64,000 nucleotides of DNA from Acholeplasmataceae bacterium (GCA_034005105.1 JAVEVJ010000001.1:5954-69953); one strand, 5' to 3'. Shown: positions 51,374 through 62,800, counted from the stretch's first letter. Program-made: numbers and translations. Notes: generated from the letters alone by a model not told the origin.

Positions 51374-53186
51374 TCAAGATGTACAGTATAAGGTCCAACT
51401 TTCCACATGGAAGAAGATTATTAAGATCATTTTTAAATCAAAGAAGCACTTGATTATGCTCATTGTATATTCAGGTTTACTCGCAAGTCTTGACGTTATG
51501 ATACCTCTTTTTAATCGCTACGCGATTGACACATTCTTTGTGGGTGGAGATTATTCAACATGGCCCTATTATGTTATTGCTAACATTGGGTTAGCCATCT
51601 CATTTGGTCTTGTTGTCTGGGGATTCATTTATGAAGCAGGTATTATTGAAGCAGATGTCAGTTATGAATTAAGAAGACAGGCATTTGAAAATCTACAACG
51701 TCTATCCTATAGCTACTTTGATAAAACCCCTCAGGGATGGGTGATGGCACGTATGACTTCGGATACACGTAAGTTATCGCTGATTATCTCATGGGGACTT
51801 GTCGACTTTGTTTGGGCTGGATTGCAGATGGTTATGATACTCATTGTTCTTTATTTAACATTTATTCCATTGGCACTCATCATGACCATAGCATTACCCG
51901 TGATGCTTTTGATTTCTTATTTCTTTACTAAAATCATTTTAAAGCAACACCGTGTAGCAAGAAAGTTCAACTCACAGCTCACTGCTCAATACAGTGAAGG
52001 TTTCTTAGGAGCGAAAACGACGAAGAGCCTTTCGATAGAAGATTCAAACTATGATGAATTTTCACACACAGCCAACAACCTCAAGCGTTCTGCAGTCAAA
52101 GCTGTTATTTCATCAGCACTTTACTCTTCTGTCTTACTTGTACTCGCTTATTTAGCTGTGACTGCAACCATGGTTCAAGGATCTATTTATGTTCTTGGTA
52201 CAGTTATTACACTCGGTACTTTACAGATGTTTCTCTTCTATACGACAAACTTCTTTGAACCCGTTATGGCGATATCTAGAACACTTTCTGATCTGCAGAA
52301 CGCTCAAGCATCTGCAGAACGTATTGTTGGACTGATTGAAACGGATCCAGAACTCTTTGATAAAGAAGAAGTTATCGCTAAATATGGTGATCTCTTCAAT
52401 GATCAAAAAGAAAATTGGGAACCACTTCAAGGGGATGTTGAGTTTAAAGATGTGACATTCTACTACAAGGACAACGAAACAATACTTGAAAAGTTTAACC
52501 TCAAGGTTAAAGCAGGTATGAGTGTTGCCTTAGTAGGCCATACGGGTTCTGGTAAAACAACACTCGTTAACTTACTATCCCGTTTTTATGAACCAAAAGC
52601 CGGTGAAATATTGATCGATGGTATTGATTACCGTGAACGATCGATTCATTGGTTACATTCCCGTTTGGGTTATGTACTCCAAGCACCACACCTCTTTTCA
52701 ACAACCGTGATGGAAAATATCAGGTACGGACGCCTAAACGCAACCGATGAAGAAGTCATTTATGCAGCTCAAATGGTTGGCGTGGATGATTTTGTCAAGC
52801 ACCTAGATTTAGGCTATCAAACCTATGTAGGTGAAGGTGGAAACCTTCTATCCGTTGGACAAAAACAACTTGTTTCATTTGCACGTGCTGTCTTAGCAGA
52901 TCCAAGAATACTCATTTTGGATGAAGCAACATCCTCCATTGATTCTGAATCCGAAGCTGTCATTCAAGAAGCAACTGAAAAGATGCTTTCAGATCGTACA
53001 AGCTTTATCGTAGCACATCGATTATCAACCATTGTTAACAGTGATTTGATCGTGATGCTCGATATGGGTAAGATTATTGAGATGGGTACACACGAAGAAC
53101 TGTTACAGAAACGTGGAGCTTACTTTGAGCTTTATCGAAACCAATTCTTCAAGGAAAAAGGTAAAGAACTGGAAGCTGTATTATAA
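51360..53186 (+). CDS. ABC exporter subunit (TMD+NBD), consensus Walker B
   Basis: GHTGSGKTT, LSVGQKQL, LILDEATS, AHRLST; start at ATG 51360. Confidence 0.92.
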   Translation: MHQDDQDVQYKVQLSTWKKIIKIIFKSKKHLIMLIVYSGLLASLDVMIPLFNRYAIDTFFVGGDYSTWPYYVIANIGLAISFGLVVWGFIYEAGIIEADVSYELRRQAFENLQRLSYSYFDKTPQGWVMARMTSDTRKLSLIISWGLVDFVWAGLQMVMILIVLYLTFIPLALIMTIALPVMLLISYFFTKIILKQHRVARKFNSQLTAQYSEGFLGAKTTKSLSIEDSNYDEFSHTANNLKRSAVKAVISSALYSSVLLVLAYLAVTATMVQGSIYVLGTVITLGTLQMFLFYTTNFFEPVMAISRTLSDLQNAQASAERIVGLIETDPELFDKEEVIAKYGDLFNDQKENWEPLQGDVEFKDVTFYYKDNETILEKFNLKVKAGMSVALVGHTGSGKTTLVNLLSRFYEPKAGEILIDGIDYRERSIHWLHSRLGYVLQAPHLFSTTVMENIRYGRLNATDEEVIYAAQMVGVDDFVKHLDLGYQTYVGEGGNLLSVGQKQLVSFARAVLADPRILILDEATSSIDSESEAVIQEATEKMLSDRTSFIVAHRLSTIVNSDLIVMLDMGKIIEMGTHEELLQKRGAYFELYRNQFFKEKGKELEAVL

Positions 53187-53233
53187 CAAGTAAAAGGGCA
53201 GGTTAATATCTATCATAAGGTAGAGGTGAAACC

Positions 53234-55303
53234 ATGTCCTTTTTTCTATTTCTTCTTGAAAGTGTAACGATTTTATTGGCTCGTATTGAGTGGATAAATG
53301 ATCATCTAACCATTCCTGTCTTTGAACAGGTTGAAACCTATCGTTATTTACCAGAAGCTAAACTCTATATCGATGATTATTGGATCATGGATGCAGAGGT
53401 TGTCTATGAAAGAAATGGTGTCGAATGGACGTTTATTTCAACCGTCAATACCTCAAAGGTTAAAAGTTATAGTATAAAGTATCGAGCCACATTTGAAACC
53501 TACAATATCTCATCCACACATACCATTATTTTTGATGTCGTTGATCTTGAACCACCAACCATTATCCACATTCCTGAACACGAGATGGTTATTGGCAAAA
53601 GCCTACCTAAATTTCTAGAAGGTGTTGTTTTAGCGGATAACTATTATCAGGTAGAAGATCTTAGCATCCATTTTGATCTATCAAAGGTGATGGAACATCA
53701 GATAGGAGACTACTACATCACTTACCAGGTGAGTGATCCATCGGGTAATGTGAGAAAAAGGGATGTCTTATTTAAAATTATCGACCCGATTCCTCCAAAT
53801 ATTACACAACACACCCCTGTGATCTTAAACATTCTTGAATCACTTGTTTGGAGTAACTATTTGACGATTAAAGATAATGTTGATCAAGTGCTTGATGTCT
53901 TACTTGATGATGATCAAATTAATTATCAAAAACCTGGAGTATATCCTTTAATTATCTATGCAACCGATAGGAGTAACAACCAAGCATCTGAGATCATCCA
54001 AGTGACGATTGCAGATTTAAGTGAACCAACGATTGTCTTAAGATCGAGTCCTCCTACGATCACCGTTTATCAACCGATAACGCGTGAACTTTTAGAAAGT
54101 TATGTCATTGATCTTTTTGATAATTATTCAACGTTAAGTATCCATGATGTATCTATCACTCACGACATAGAAACAAGTTTTCTAGGACAATATGCGATAC
54201 ACTACGAAGTAAGTGATCACGCAGGAAACAAAACGACAAAAACGTTGATCGTACATGTTATCGATAATATCAAACCCAGTATAACGCTTCTTAAACCACT
54301 GATTTTCGATGTCTTTTCCACCAAACCGTTTCTGATGGATTATTTTGAATATTCAGATAATTATCAGCCTATGGATGAACTTTCATATAAGCTGACAGAA
54401 TCTGTTAAGATGAGTGTTTTAGGGATGTATCCAATCACTTTGGAGGTTACAGATAAATCGCAAAATAAAGCCATTTATCAGGGGTATGTAACAGTCGTTG
54501 ATCGTGAACCTCCAACGATAAGACAACTCAATGAAATTGTCATAACAGACTTTGAACCCAAAAACTATACGCATTACTTTGAAGTATCTGATCAGTATGA
54601 TGATGCATCACATATCGAACTATCTTTTGATGATCACGAAGTTAACTATGAGCGTGTTGGTATCTATCCATGTTATGCTTATGCGAAGGATGTATCATTG
54701 AATCTTCAGACACTCATTTTTGAAATCGTGGTTATCGATATGATTGAACCAGAGTTGATGTTAACCAAAACAGCATATGTTCATCAAATCGGTGATGAAC
54801 CCGTTGATCTCTATTCATTTATAGCATCAGCAAGTGATAATTATGATCTGTTGAATCAAAAAGATATCAAAGTGCTTGGTGAAGTAAGTTGGCATGAGCT
54901 CGGGCAATATCTGATCACGTATACCCTAGAAGATCAATCAAAAAATCATGTAGAAAAAGAGCTCGTTATCACCGTTGATGATGATATTCCGCCTACCTTA
55001 ACATTTGATGATGTGATACTCTATCAAGGTGATCCGTTTAATCCATATGATGGTGTATTCTACGATGATAATCTTGGAACACCACATATTACTATTGTGC
55101 AGGATGAATTTGATACACATGAAGTTGGCTCATATATCATCACCTATATCGTTTATGACAAACGAGGTAATTACATCACAAAAGACCGTCAAATAGTCAT
55201 TAATCCAAGGGAAAATAGACCATCGATTGAGCACTTTATACCCGTGATAATGGTTACGATCATTGGTTGTGGAATTCTTTATATACTCTATAAAAAGGGA
55301 TAG
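53234..55303 (+). CDS. Surface protein with about 8 tandem Ig-like (DUF5011-like) domains and a C-terminal TM
   Basis: Seven D-x-x-x-P-x-[IL] linkers about 80 aa apart, G-x-Y-x-I-x-Y...D-x-S-x-N motifs, C-terminal IMVTIIGCGILYILYKKG. Confidence 0.75.
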   Translation: MSFFLFLLESVTILLARIEWINDHLTIPVFEQVETYRYLPEAKLYIDDYWIMDAEVVYERNGVEWTFISTVNTSKVKSYSIKYRATFETYNISSTHTIIFDVVDLEPPTIIHIPEHEMVIGKSLPKFLEGVVLADNYYQVEDLSIHFDLSKVMEHQIGDYYITYQVSDPSGNVRKRDVLFKIIDPIPPNITQHTPVILNILESLVWSNYLTIKDNVDQVLDVLLDDDQINYQKPGVYPLIIYATDRSNNQASEIIQVTIADLSEPTIVLRSSPPTITVYQPITRELLESYVIDLFDNYSTLSIHDVSITHDIETSFLGQYAIHYEVSDHAGNKTTKTLIVHVIDNIKPSITLLKPLIFDVFSTKPFLMDYFEYSDNYQPMDELSYKLTESVKMSVLGMYPITLEVTDKSQNKAIYQGYVTVVDREPPTIRQLNEIVITDFEPKNYTHYFEVSDQYDDASHIELSFDDHEVNYERVGIYPCYAYAKDVSLNLQTLIFEIVVIDMIEPELMLTKTAYVHQIGDEPVDLYSFIASASDNYDLLNQKDIKVLGEVSWHELGQYLITYTLEDQSKNHVEKELVITVDDDIPPTLTFDDVILYQGDPFNPYDGVFYDDNLGTPHITIVQDEFDTHEVGSYIITYIVYDKRGNYITKDRQIVINPRENRPSIEHFIPVIMVTIIGCGILYILYKKG

Positions 55304-55312
55304 TCACTTTCT

Positions 55313-55341
55313 TTGACAAAACCACATAAATAAACTATAAT
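55313..55341 (+). promoter_or_regulatory. Perfect consensus sigma70 promoter of the flavodoxin gene
   Basis: TTGACA-N17-TATAAT. Confidence 0.85.
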
Positions 55342-55381
55342 GTTGGCGTAGATTTTCAATCAAAAGGAAAAGGAGAATATT

Positions 55382-55810
55382 ATGGCAAACGTCTTAGTGG
55401 TTTATTGGAGCGGAACAGGAAACACAGAGATCATGGCTGAAAAGATAAAAGAAGGTTTAATAAATGCTGGTGAAACCGTTGATTATAAAACTGTTGATCA
55501 AGTCGAACCCAGTGATGTTGCTGCGTATGATAAAATAGCATTTGGTTGTCCTTCAATGGGTGTTGAAACCTTAGAAGAAGATGAATTTGAACCTTTCTTT
55601 GAACAGGTAGAATCTCAGTTATCAGGTAAGAAAGTAGCACTCTTTGGCTCCTATGGTTGGGGAGAAGGCGAATGGATGGATGCTTGGGTTGAACGTACAG
55701 AGGCTTGTGGAGCTATACTCTACGATAACGGATTAAGAATTAACTCAACACCATCAACCGAAGAAGAAGAAACGTGTGTTGAATACGGTGAAGGATTTGC
55801 TAAGTTCTAG
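55382..55810 (+). CDS. Short-chain flavodoxin
   Basis: VYWSGTGNTE, GCPSMG, ALFGSYGWG. Confidence 0.95.
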   Translation: MANVLVVYWSGTGNTEIMAEKIKEGLINAGETVDYKTVDQVEPSDVAAYDKIAFGCPSMGVETLEEDEFEPFFEQVESQLSGKKVALFGSYGWGEGEWMDAWVERTEACGAILYDNGLRINSTPSTEEEETCVEYGEGFAKF

Positions 55811-55818
55811 TATCATTG

Positions 55819-55840
55819 AAATGCCTCCGGGCATTTTTTT
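55819..55840 (+). terminator. Terminator after flavodoxin
   Basis: AAATGCC-TCCG-GGCATTT plus T run. Confidence 0.8.
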
Positions 55841-55888
55841 ATAGAGAAAAGTTCAACGTTTTGACGTATAATAAAGATAGGTGAAACT

Positions 55889-58876
55889 ATGTTTGGTATC
55901 CTCCACTTACAAAGTGCATATAGCATGCTTAAAAATGCCATTCCGCTATCTCAGTTGGCTGAAAGAGCTAAGCAATCAGGTTATGATGTATTAGCACTAA
56001 GCGATGTCAATCTTCACGGGATGATGGAACTCTTCAGGTTGGCTAAAAAGCATCAGTTAAAACCTGTCTTAGGTTTAGAGATCAAGGTGTCTCATGGATT
56101 ATCGGATACCGTTTTTTTTACTTATGTCAAAGATGAACTAGGTTACCAAAACTTACTCAAGTTATCCCTAAGACAATCCGAAGGATTTATTGATGATGAT
56201 TATTTGTTAACACATCAAGAAGGACTCATTTTTGTTTCAGGTGGATATAAGTCACTGATCGATCAATCTATTGATAACAGTGATCTTAACCAAGCAAAAC
56301 AGGTAGCAACCTTTTATCAAAAAAATCTAGAAGATTTTTATATCGGTTTATCACTGGATACCTTTCATCAAGAGATTGCTATCGCACCCAAGCTTTTTGA
56401 GCTTTCCGAACATCTTCGAATAAAAATGCTACCCATACATCAAACATCCTATCTAGATAAAGAACACAAAGAAGTCTATGAAGCACTCTTGAAGATTGAT
56501 GATGAATCAAGTGTGGTTCCTGAAGACGCCAATTATGCATTCTTAAACAAACAAGAACTCATAAACTTATTCGCTGAGTATCCCTATATCTTTGATACCC
56601 TTGATCAAGTTTTTCAATCCATTTCCTATACCTATAAAAAGCCTCGATTTGAAATGCCTATTTTTGGGGTTGAAAAGGGAACATCCAAAGAATACCTACG
56701 CTCATTGGCGATGGTTGGGCTCAAAAAGCGATTATCTAAAATACTTAATCCAACTGTTGATATCTATCAAAAACGATTGCTTTTTGAACTCGATGTCATT
56801 GAAAAAATGGGATATGCAGATTATTTTTTAATTGTCTATGATTTTGTTAAATATGCGAAAACACATGATATTTTAGTTGGTCCAGGACGTGGTTCTGCAG
56901 CGGGATCACTCGTTGCTTATTGTTTGGGTATCACGGATGTTGACCCCATAACTTATGATCTTCTATTTGAAAGATTTTTAAATCCTGAACGTATCACCAT
57001 GCCCGATATCGATCTTGACTTTCCAGACAACAAAAGAGATGAAGTCTTACAGTATGTTAAGGATAAGTATGGCGATCATCACATGATATCAATCGTCACT
57101 TTTGGTACGTTTGCTATGAGATCATCCATTCGAGACATCGCACGTGTGATGAAAATTGATTCGACACGAACCAATGGAATTATTCATCGTGTTTTACACG
57201 ATGATATCGATGAAACAGATGAAGAAATGGTGCGTTTACTCAAAGTAGCAAAAGCGATAGAAGGATTACCTAGACATACGGGAACACACGCAGCGGGTAT
57301 GATTTTATCCAAACAGGATTTAATGGATTATATCCCATTGCAGATAGGAATCAATCAGTTTTATCAAAGTCAGTTAGAAGCTAGTGAACTCGAAGCTTTA
57401 GGTCTTTTAAAGATTGATTTTTTAGGTATTCGCAATCTAGCGGTTATCGATGAGGCGATTAAGCTCATTAAAGAACAAGGCGTGTCCATTCATCTTGCAG
57501 ATCTTCCCTTAGATGATCAGAAAACCTATGATATGCTATCACGAGCTGAAACATCGGGAATTTTTCAACTCGAATCATCCGGTATGCGAGCGGTCTTAAG
57601 GAAACTAAAGCCAACATCATTTGAAGATATTGTCGCTTTATTAGCGCTTTACAGACCAGGTCCGATGGATCATATCGATGAGTATATTGAAAGAAGAAAC
57701 GGAAAACCTTTTGCATACATACATCCCAAACTTGAAAGCATTCTAAAAAGTACCTACGGTATTATTGTCTATCAGGAACAAATCATGAAGATTGCTAGTG
57801 AATATGCAGGATACACACTGGCACAAGCAGACTTACTTCGAAGAGGTATCTCAAAAAAAGATAAAGATATTTTAGAAAGTGAAAGAACGAGGTTTATTCA
57901 TCAATCAGCTGAACAGGGATATAACCAAGATGATGCTGCATCCATCTACGATTTAATCGTTAAATTTGCTGATTATGGATTCAATCGCAGTCACAGTGTT
58001 GCCTATGCGCTTGTTGCTTATCAGATGGCTTATCTCAAAGCGAATCACTTTGCTATCTTTATGACCATTTTGCTATCCTCAGTCACAGGTAATGAATCAC
58101 TATCGGTTGACTATATCAATGAACTAAGAAAAAATCATATCGAAGTCGTATCACCGGATATTAACTTATCGACAGATAAATATATCTATCATCAAGGTCG
58201 AGTGGTTCTACCACTACTTGCTGTCAAAAGTATTGGACGTTCTGCGTTATCAAAAATTATAGAAAACCGTGAAGAACAAGGTGTATTTAAAGATTATCAA
58301 GATTTCAAGAGACGCTTAAAAAAAGAACTCAATGACAAGAATGTTGAAATGCTCATTCATTCAGGTGCACTTGACGCGTTTGGACTCACGCATCATGCGA
58401 TGAATCAATCCAAGCAAATAGATCAGGCTGGATATGAACTCTATATCACTGATTTTGCGATGCCTAATGTCAAAGAATATTCATTTGCTGAACTTGCAGA
58501 ATTCGAAAAAGAAGCTCTCGGATTCAATCTTTCCTATCATCTACACGAAAGATACAAAGATGAGATGAAAAGACTCAATTTATATCATCTTGGAAATATA
58601 TTAAAAGGTGCTCAAGGTTTTGTTTTATCAGCTGTAAAGAAACAAAAGGTGATTAAGACCAAACAAGGAAAACCGATGGCATTTATTGAACTTGATGATG
58701 GGATCAATCAACTTGAAGTTACATTATTCACTGAAGTGTATGAAAGTTTTCAAAAACTAGGTGAACAAGATGTCTATGTCCTCAAGATTATGGTTCAAAA
58801 CTATCGTGGAGAAAAACGTTATTTGGTTGATCAAGTAACAACTCTTCCATTATTTGAAAAGAGGAAAAAAGGATGA
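55889..58876 (+). CDS. dnaE: DNA polymerase III alpha subunit (DnaE)
   Basis: GPGRGSAAGSL, FERFLNPER, MPDIDLDF, HAAG, KIDFLG, LYRPGP, YGFNRSHS. Confidence 0.96.
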   Translation: MFGILHLQSAYSMLKNAIPLSQLAERAKQSGYDVLALSDVNLHGMMELFRLAKKHQLKPVLGLEIKVSHGLSDTVFFTYVKDELGYQNLLKLSLRQSEGFIDDDYLLTHQEGLIFVSGGYKSLIDQSIDNSDLNQAKQVATFYQKNLEDFYIGLSLDTFHQEIAIAPKLFELSEHLRIKMLPIHQTSYLDKEHKEVYEALLKIDDESSVVPEDANYAFLNKQELINLFAEYPYIFDTLDQVFQSISYTYKKPRFEMPIFGVEKGTSKEYLRSLAMVGLKKRLSKILNPTVDIYQKRLLFELDVIEKMGYADYFLIVYDFVKYAKTHDILVGPGRGSAAGSLVAYCLGITDVDPITYDLLFERFLNPERITMPDIDLDFPDNKRDEVLQYVKDKYGDHHMISIVTFGTFAMRSSIRDIARVMKIDSTRTNGIIHRVLHDDIDETDEEMVRLLKVAKAIEGLPRHTGTHAAGMILSKQDLMDYIPLQIGINQFYQSQLEASELEALGLLKIDFLGIRNLAVIDEAIKLIKEQGVSIHLADLPLDDQKTYDMLSRAETSGIFQLESSGMRAVLRKLKPTSFEDIVALLALYRPGPMDHIDEYIERRNGKPFAYIHPKLESILKSTYGIIVYQEQIMKIASEYAGYTLAQADLLRRGISKKDKDILESERTRFIHQSAEQGYNQDDAASIYDLIVKFADYGFNRSHSVAYALVAYQMAYLKANHFAIFMTILLSSVTGNESLSVDYINELRKNHIEVVSPDINLSTDKYIYHQGRVVLPLLAVKSIGRSALSKIIENREEQGVFKDYQDFKRRLKKELNDKNVEMLIHSGALDAFGLTHHAMNQSKQIDQAGYELYITDFAMPNVKEYSFAELAEFEKEALGFNLSYHLHERYKDEMKRLNLYHLGNILKGAQGFVLSAVKKQKVIKTKQGKPMAFIELDDGINQLEVTLFTEVYESFQKLGEQDVYVLKIMVQNYRGEKRYLVDQVTTLPLFEKRKKG

Positions 58877-59763
58877 CCAACACATCTAGAAAAAGTATTT
58901 TATGGGCTTTACGTATTGGACTTATCATCAATTTGGTACTAACACTTATTAAACTCATCTTTGGTTATTGGGGTCATGCACAAGCGCTTATCAGTGATGG
59001 ATATAACTCAGCATCAGACTTGCTCATCAGTGTTATGCTTCTATTTGTCCTCAAGATAGCAACCAAAAAACCGGATAGTGATCATCCCTATGGACATGAA
59101 AAGTTCGAAGGTTTAGCTTATTTTGTTTTAGGACTTGTCTTTCTCGGAACATCCATCTATATCGGGATAGAAGCCATCATCCACATTATCCATCATATCC
59201 AGATACCAGAAGATGCAATTAAACCTCACCTGGTCACCGTGGCGATATCCATTATCGCACTCGTGATTAAACTCGTTTTATTTTTATACTACAAGAGCAT
59301 CGGAAAGAAATATAATAGTCCAACGATTAAAGCGGATGCAAAAAACCATCAAATTGATGTCTACGCAACCAGTTTTTCAGTGATTGGTTTAGGTATTGCT
59401 CAGCTGGGTCTCGTGGTTTTCGATGATATTGCAGCATTTATTATTGGACTTTTTATTCTTAGACTAGCCATCACGATTTTAAGAGAAGCCATCTCATTTT
59501 TAACCGATCAAGCACCTTCTTTTGATGAAATCAATCACATTAAATCATTTATCCATTCGATTAATGGAGTCTTGAAGGTTGATGATCTTAAAGTGAGAAA
59601 ACATATGACACAACGATACGTCGATGTTGAAATTGGAGTTTTGGCGAATATGTCACTCGAAGAGGCACATCGGATTGCTGAAGATGTTCACCATCAAGTT
59701 GAAAAAGCTTTTCCAGATGTCATCCACTGTATGGTTCATGTAAATCCAAAACAAAAAACATAA
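58873..59763 (+). CDS. Cation diffusion facilitator (FieF-like)
   Basis: SDGYNSASD, DHPYGHEKFE, ADAKNHQID, C-terminal HCMVHVNP. Confidence 0.92.
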   Translation: MTNTSRKSILWALRIGLIINLVLTLIKLIFGYWGHAQALISDGYNSASDLLISVMLLFVLKIATKKPDSDHPYGHEKFEGLAYFVLGLVFLGTSIYIGIEAIIHIIHHIQIPEDAIKPHLVTVAISIIALVIKLVLFLYYKSIGKKYNSPTIKADAKNHQIDVYATSFSVIGLGIAQLGLVVFDDIAAFIIGLFILRLAITILREAISFLTDQAPSFDEINHIKSFIHSINGVLKVDDLKVRKHMTQRYVDVEIGVLANMSLEEAHRIAEDVHHQVEKAFPDVIHCMVHVNPKQKT

Positions 59764-59772
59764 ATCTTTACT

Positions 59773-59832
59773 AAAGGCATATACAACAATGTGTAAACGT
59801 AGTTTAATTCATTGTGTTATATCGCCTTTTTT
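59773..59832 (+). terminator. Long imperfect hairpin with a T tract after the CDF gene
   Basis: AAAGGC/GCCTTT, ATATA/TATAT, ACAATG/CATTGT and TAAAC/GTTTA nested pairings, then T6. Confidence 0.5.
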
Positions 59833-59876
59833 GATAAAATAATGATAATCAATTGAATGAGAAAGGCGGGATTTAT

Positions 59877-62800
59877 ATGCCACAACTACCATCTTTACTA
59901 ATCCTTCAATGGGGTCTGATCGGCTTTTATGTTGTCATCTACTTCATTCTTGGCTTTTTGAGAGGAGGTTCAAAATCCACGTACTTCACACTTGTCGCCT
60001 TTATTACGACATTTTTAAGTTTGTTTGCCATCTCATTCATCTCACTCAATCTCATTTTATCCGATAGTTTTACACTGGTCAGTCTACTTGAAATGATTGA
60101 CAGTCGTTTTGGAAATATCATACCCGCAGAAGTTTATACCTATCTTAGTGATCCTGAACTTGCGGGTTTTGCTGTTGCACTTGTCGATTTAATCCTTCGC
60201 ATCGTTGGATTTATTATCCTCTATCCCTTCATTAAGTTTCTTTTAACATTAATCATCTTTCGTCCCATTTGGAGTTTTGGGATTAAAAAAGCACTCCTTA
60301 AGAAACAAAATGAAAAACTAGAAGTTGTTGCTATGGAACAAAACAAAAAGAAATTTGTTCCAACCAAAAAACTAAAAAAGACGCTCTTAGGACGATTTGT
60401 TGGTGGCTTCATGGGATCCCTTCAAGGAGTTTTGGTTGCTTTTATCGTCTTAATGCCCATCTTAATCATTTCAGGTTTTCTTACCGTAGCACCTAGTGGT
60501 GAGCCAGTAGATAACCAAGAAGAAGGTATACCGCTAGCAGTAGGTATGCCCGATTTAGGTCCGATGGCAGACATGCTTGATGATTATTTACTTCAAATCG
60601 ATGAAATGAATCAGCAGGGACTAGGTGCCATGGTTAAGCAGATCACCGTATCTGGTAAACCCATTGATCGTTATATCTTTGACCGTATCTTTACAACACA
60701 GGTTAAAAAAGGTGAAGATTCAACCGATATCAATTGGATCAATGAACTAGAAGGTATCTTAAATATTACACGAACCATCTATGATGGTGGTTACTTAGAA
60801 TCAGGATTTACATTAGATGAAATCAATGAAGAAAAACTAGACGATGTCGAAGTCGTCTTCAACTATTTAGGAAGCTCAGATCTTATCGCTTATATGATTC
60901 CTGCAGCAGCAGCCTTTGGTCTTGAGAACTTTAGAGATCAACTACCAGCTCAAGTATCTGATGAACTCGCAGAAGCAGCTGTAGGACAAATTCAAGAAAT
61001 CGATTGGAAAGCAGAGTTTGGTAACATTAAAGGCATCGTCGATGCCGTCCTATCGTTTGGATCCGTTCAAGAGATTCAAGCATACATGAGTGATCCTAAC
61101 GCTTTACTCGATCTATCACCTGAAGAAGGTGAAAAACTTGCGGATATCATTCGTGCAATTGGCGAAATGCAAATTTTAGAACTTGTATCTGTCGGTGCAG
61201 AATATGCAACAACACTTGCTGAAGTTCAAAACCAACTGACATGGATTGCGGAAGAAGAGCGTCAAGCATATCTCGAGGAGAAATTAAGTTTCTTAATCGA
61301 TGATGCTGCTTTTTTCTCAGGTGAAGAAGGTGAGTTTGAACGCTTTGCATTACTCGTTGAAGCTATCTATACCGACGAATATGGTGATGTAAATTTAAGA
61401 CAACTCATCAGTACAGCTGACGCTGAAGCATTCATGGCAGCTCAAAATACTGAGTGGATCGATGGCTTACTCGAACACATTGTTGAACTCGAGTTATTGC
61501 TCAATGCGATACCTGTTGGTGTTGATTATGCACTCTATAGCCAAATGGGTGACTTAGTCGATGCTGAACTTGCAGCTGAAATTGAAACTGCACTTGCCGA
61601 TATTTCATGGGAAGATGAAATCCTAAATGTTGGTGATATCTATAAAGAAGCTGTCTCTATCGGAGCAGCATCTCTTTTGGGTGAAAACCCCAACATGTTA
61701 TTATTTGTTGACAATGCGATGGAAAATCATATGGATAGCATCCGTGTGATTGTCGAAAAGATCTTTGAAGAAAGTGCACTCGTGAATGCAGCACTCGATT
61801 TAGCAGCTCCGATCATGGTCGAACGGTTTGTGACCAACCAGGAACTAGCAGCAATTGTCCAAGAAGCATTGATCTCAGATCCCGAATCCGGTGTGGTTGA
61901 TTTCAATGTTGGTCAAGAAATCAATACCGTCCTAGACATTGTTGAAACGGTTTATGAATTTACAACACTTTCTGAAGTTGCCAACTTCAGTGGTATGACA
62001 ACAGAATCTAAGTTTGAACTCTTTGCAGGGTATGGTTCGTTGACAGAAGCTCAATTTGAATCCTTTAAAACAGCGTTTGAATCACTTCAAATACTACAGC
62101 GTGTTAGCGGTTCAGGTTTAACCTATGTTAAGAACTCGATGGGCGTTGAACAAATCTATATTCCTGATGAGGTCAATTTAGGCGAAGATATCGGATCCAT
62201 TTTGGGTCTTGGATATTATGTTGCTAAATATACTTATGACAACAAACCGCTCTATCCTACCTATGAAGAAATCGATTTTGCTCCACTTTTTGCAGATGAT
62301 ACATTTAGAAGTTATCTACTGCCTTCAGAGTTAAATAATCATTCTGAACTGATTCTATCAACGATTGCACATAACGCGATGGTTTATGCTGATAATGAAT
62401 CATTTAGTCAATATCTCGTTGTTCCCGAGTCCCTAAAACTTGCATCTCCAGAGTCTTCGATCTGGCATGACGAAATTAATGCACTTCTTGGTGCTATCTT
62501 TGATGTGGCTGCATCGTTTGAAGATTCAACCGTCTTAACGTTCTCTTATCGAGATATCATGACATTCAAAAATGCCCCAACAGCAGCATCCATTGAATTG
62601 ATTACTCAGTTTGCTGATCCTGTGAAAGCTGACGATACCTTTGGTAGTTTAGATAGTTCAGTTATCCTACGTTCTTCCATCAAGCAGATTATCGATAATT
62701 TTGGTGGTCGTACAGTGGATGCACTGGGTGGTTATGAGATCAAAGTTCCAGCGATTGCTTTGGATGGTGATATGCTCAAAGAAGATATCATCGTTGAACT

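Noticed and set aside
53562-53570. Perfect DnaA box TTATCCACA
   Set aside because: Single copy inside a CDS, with no cluster or AT-rich unwinding element.
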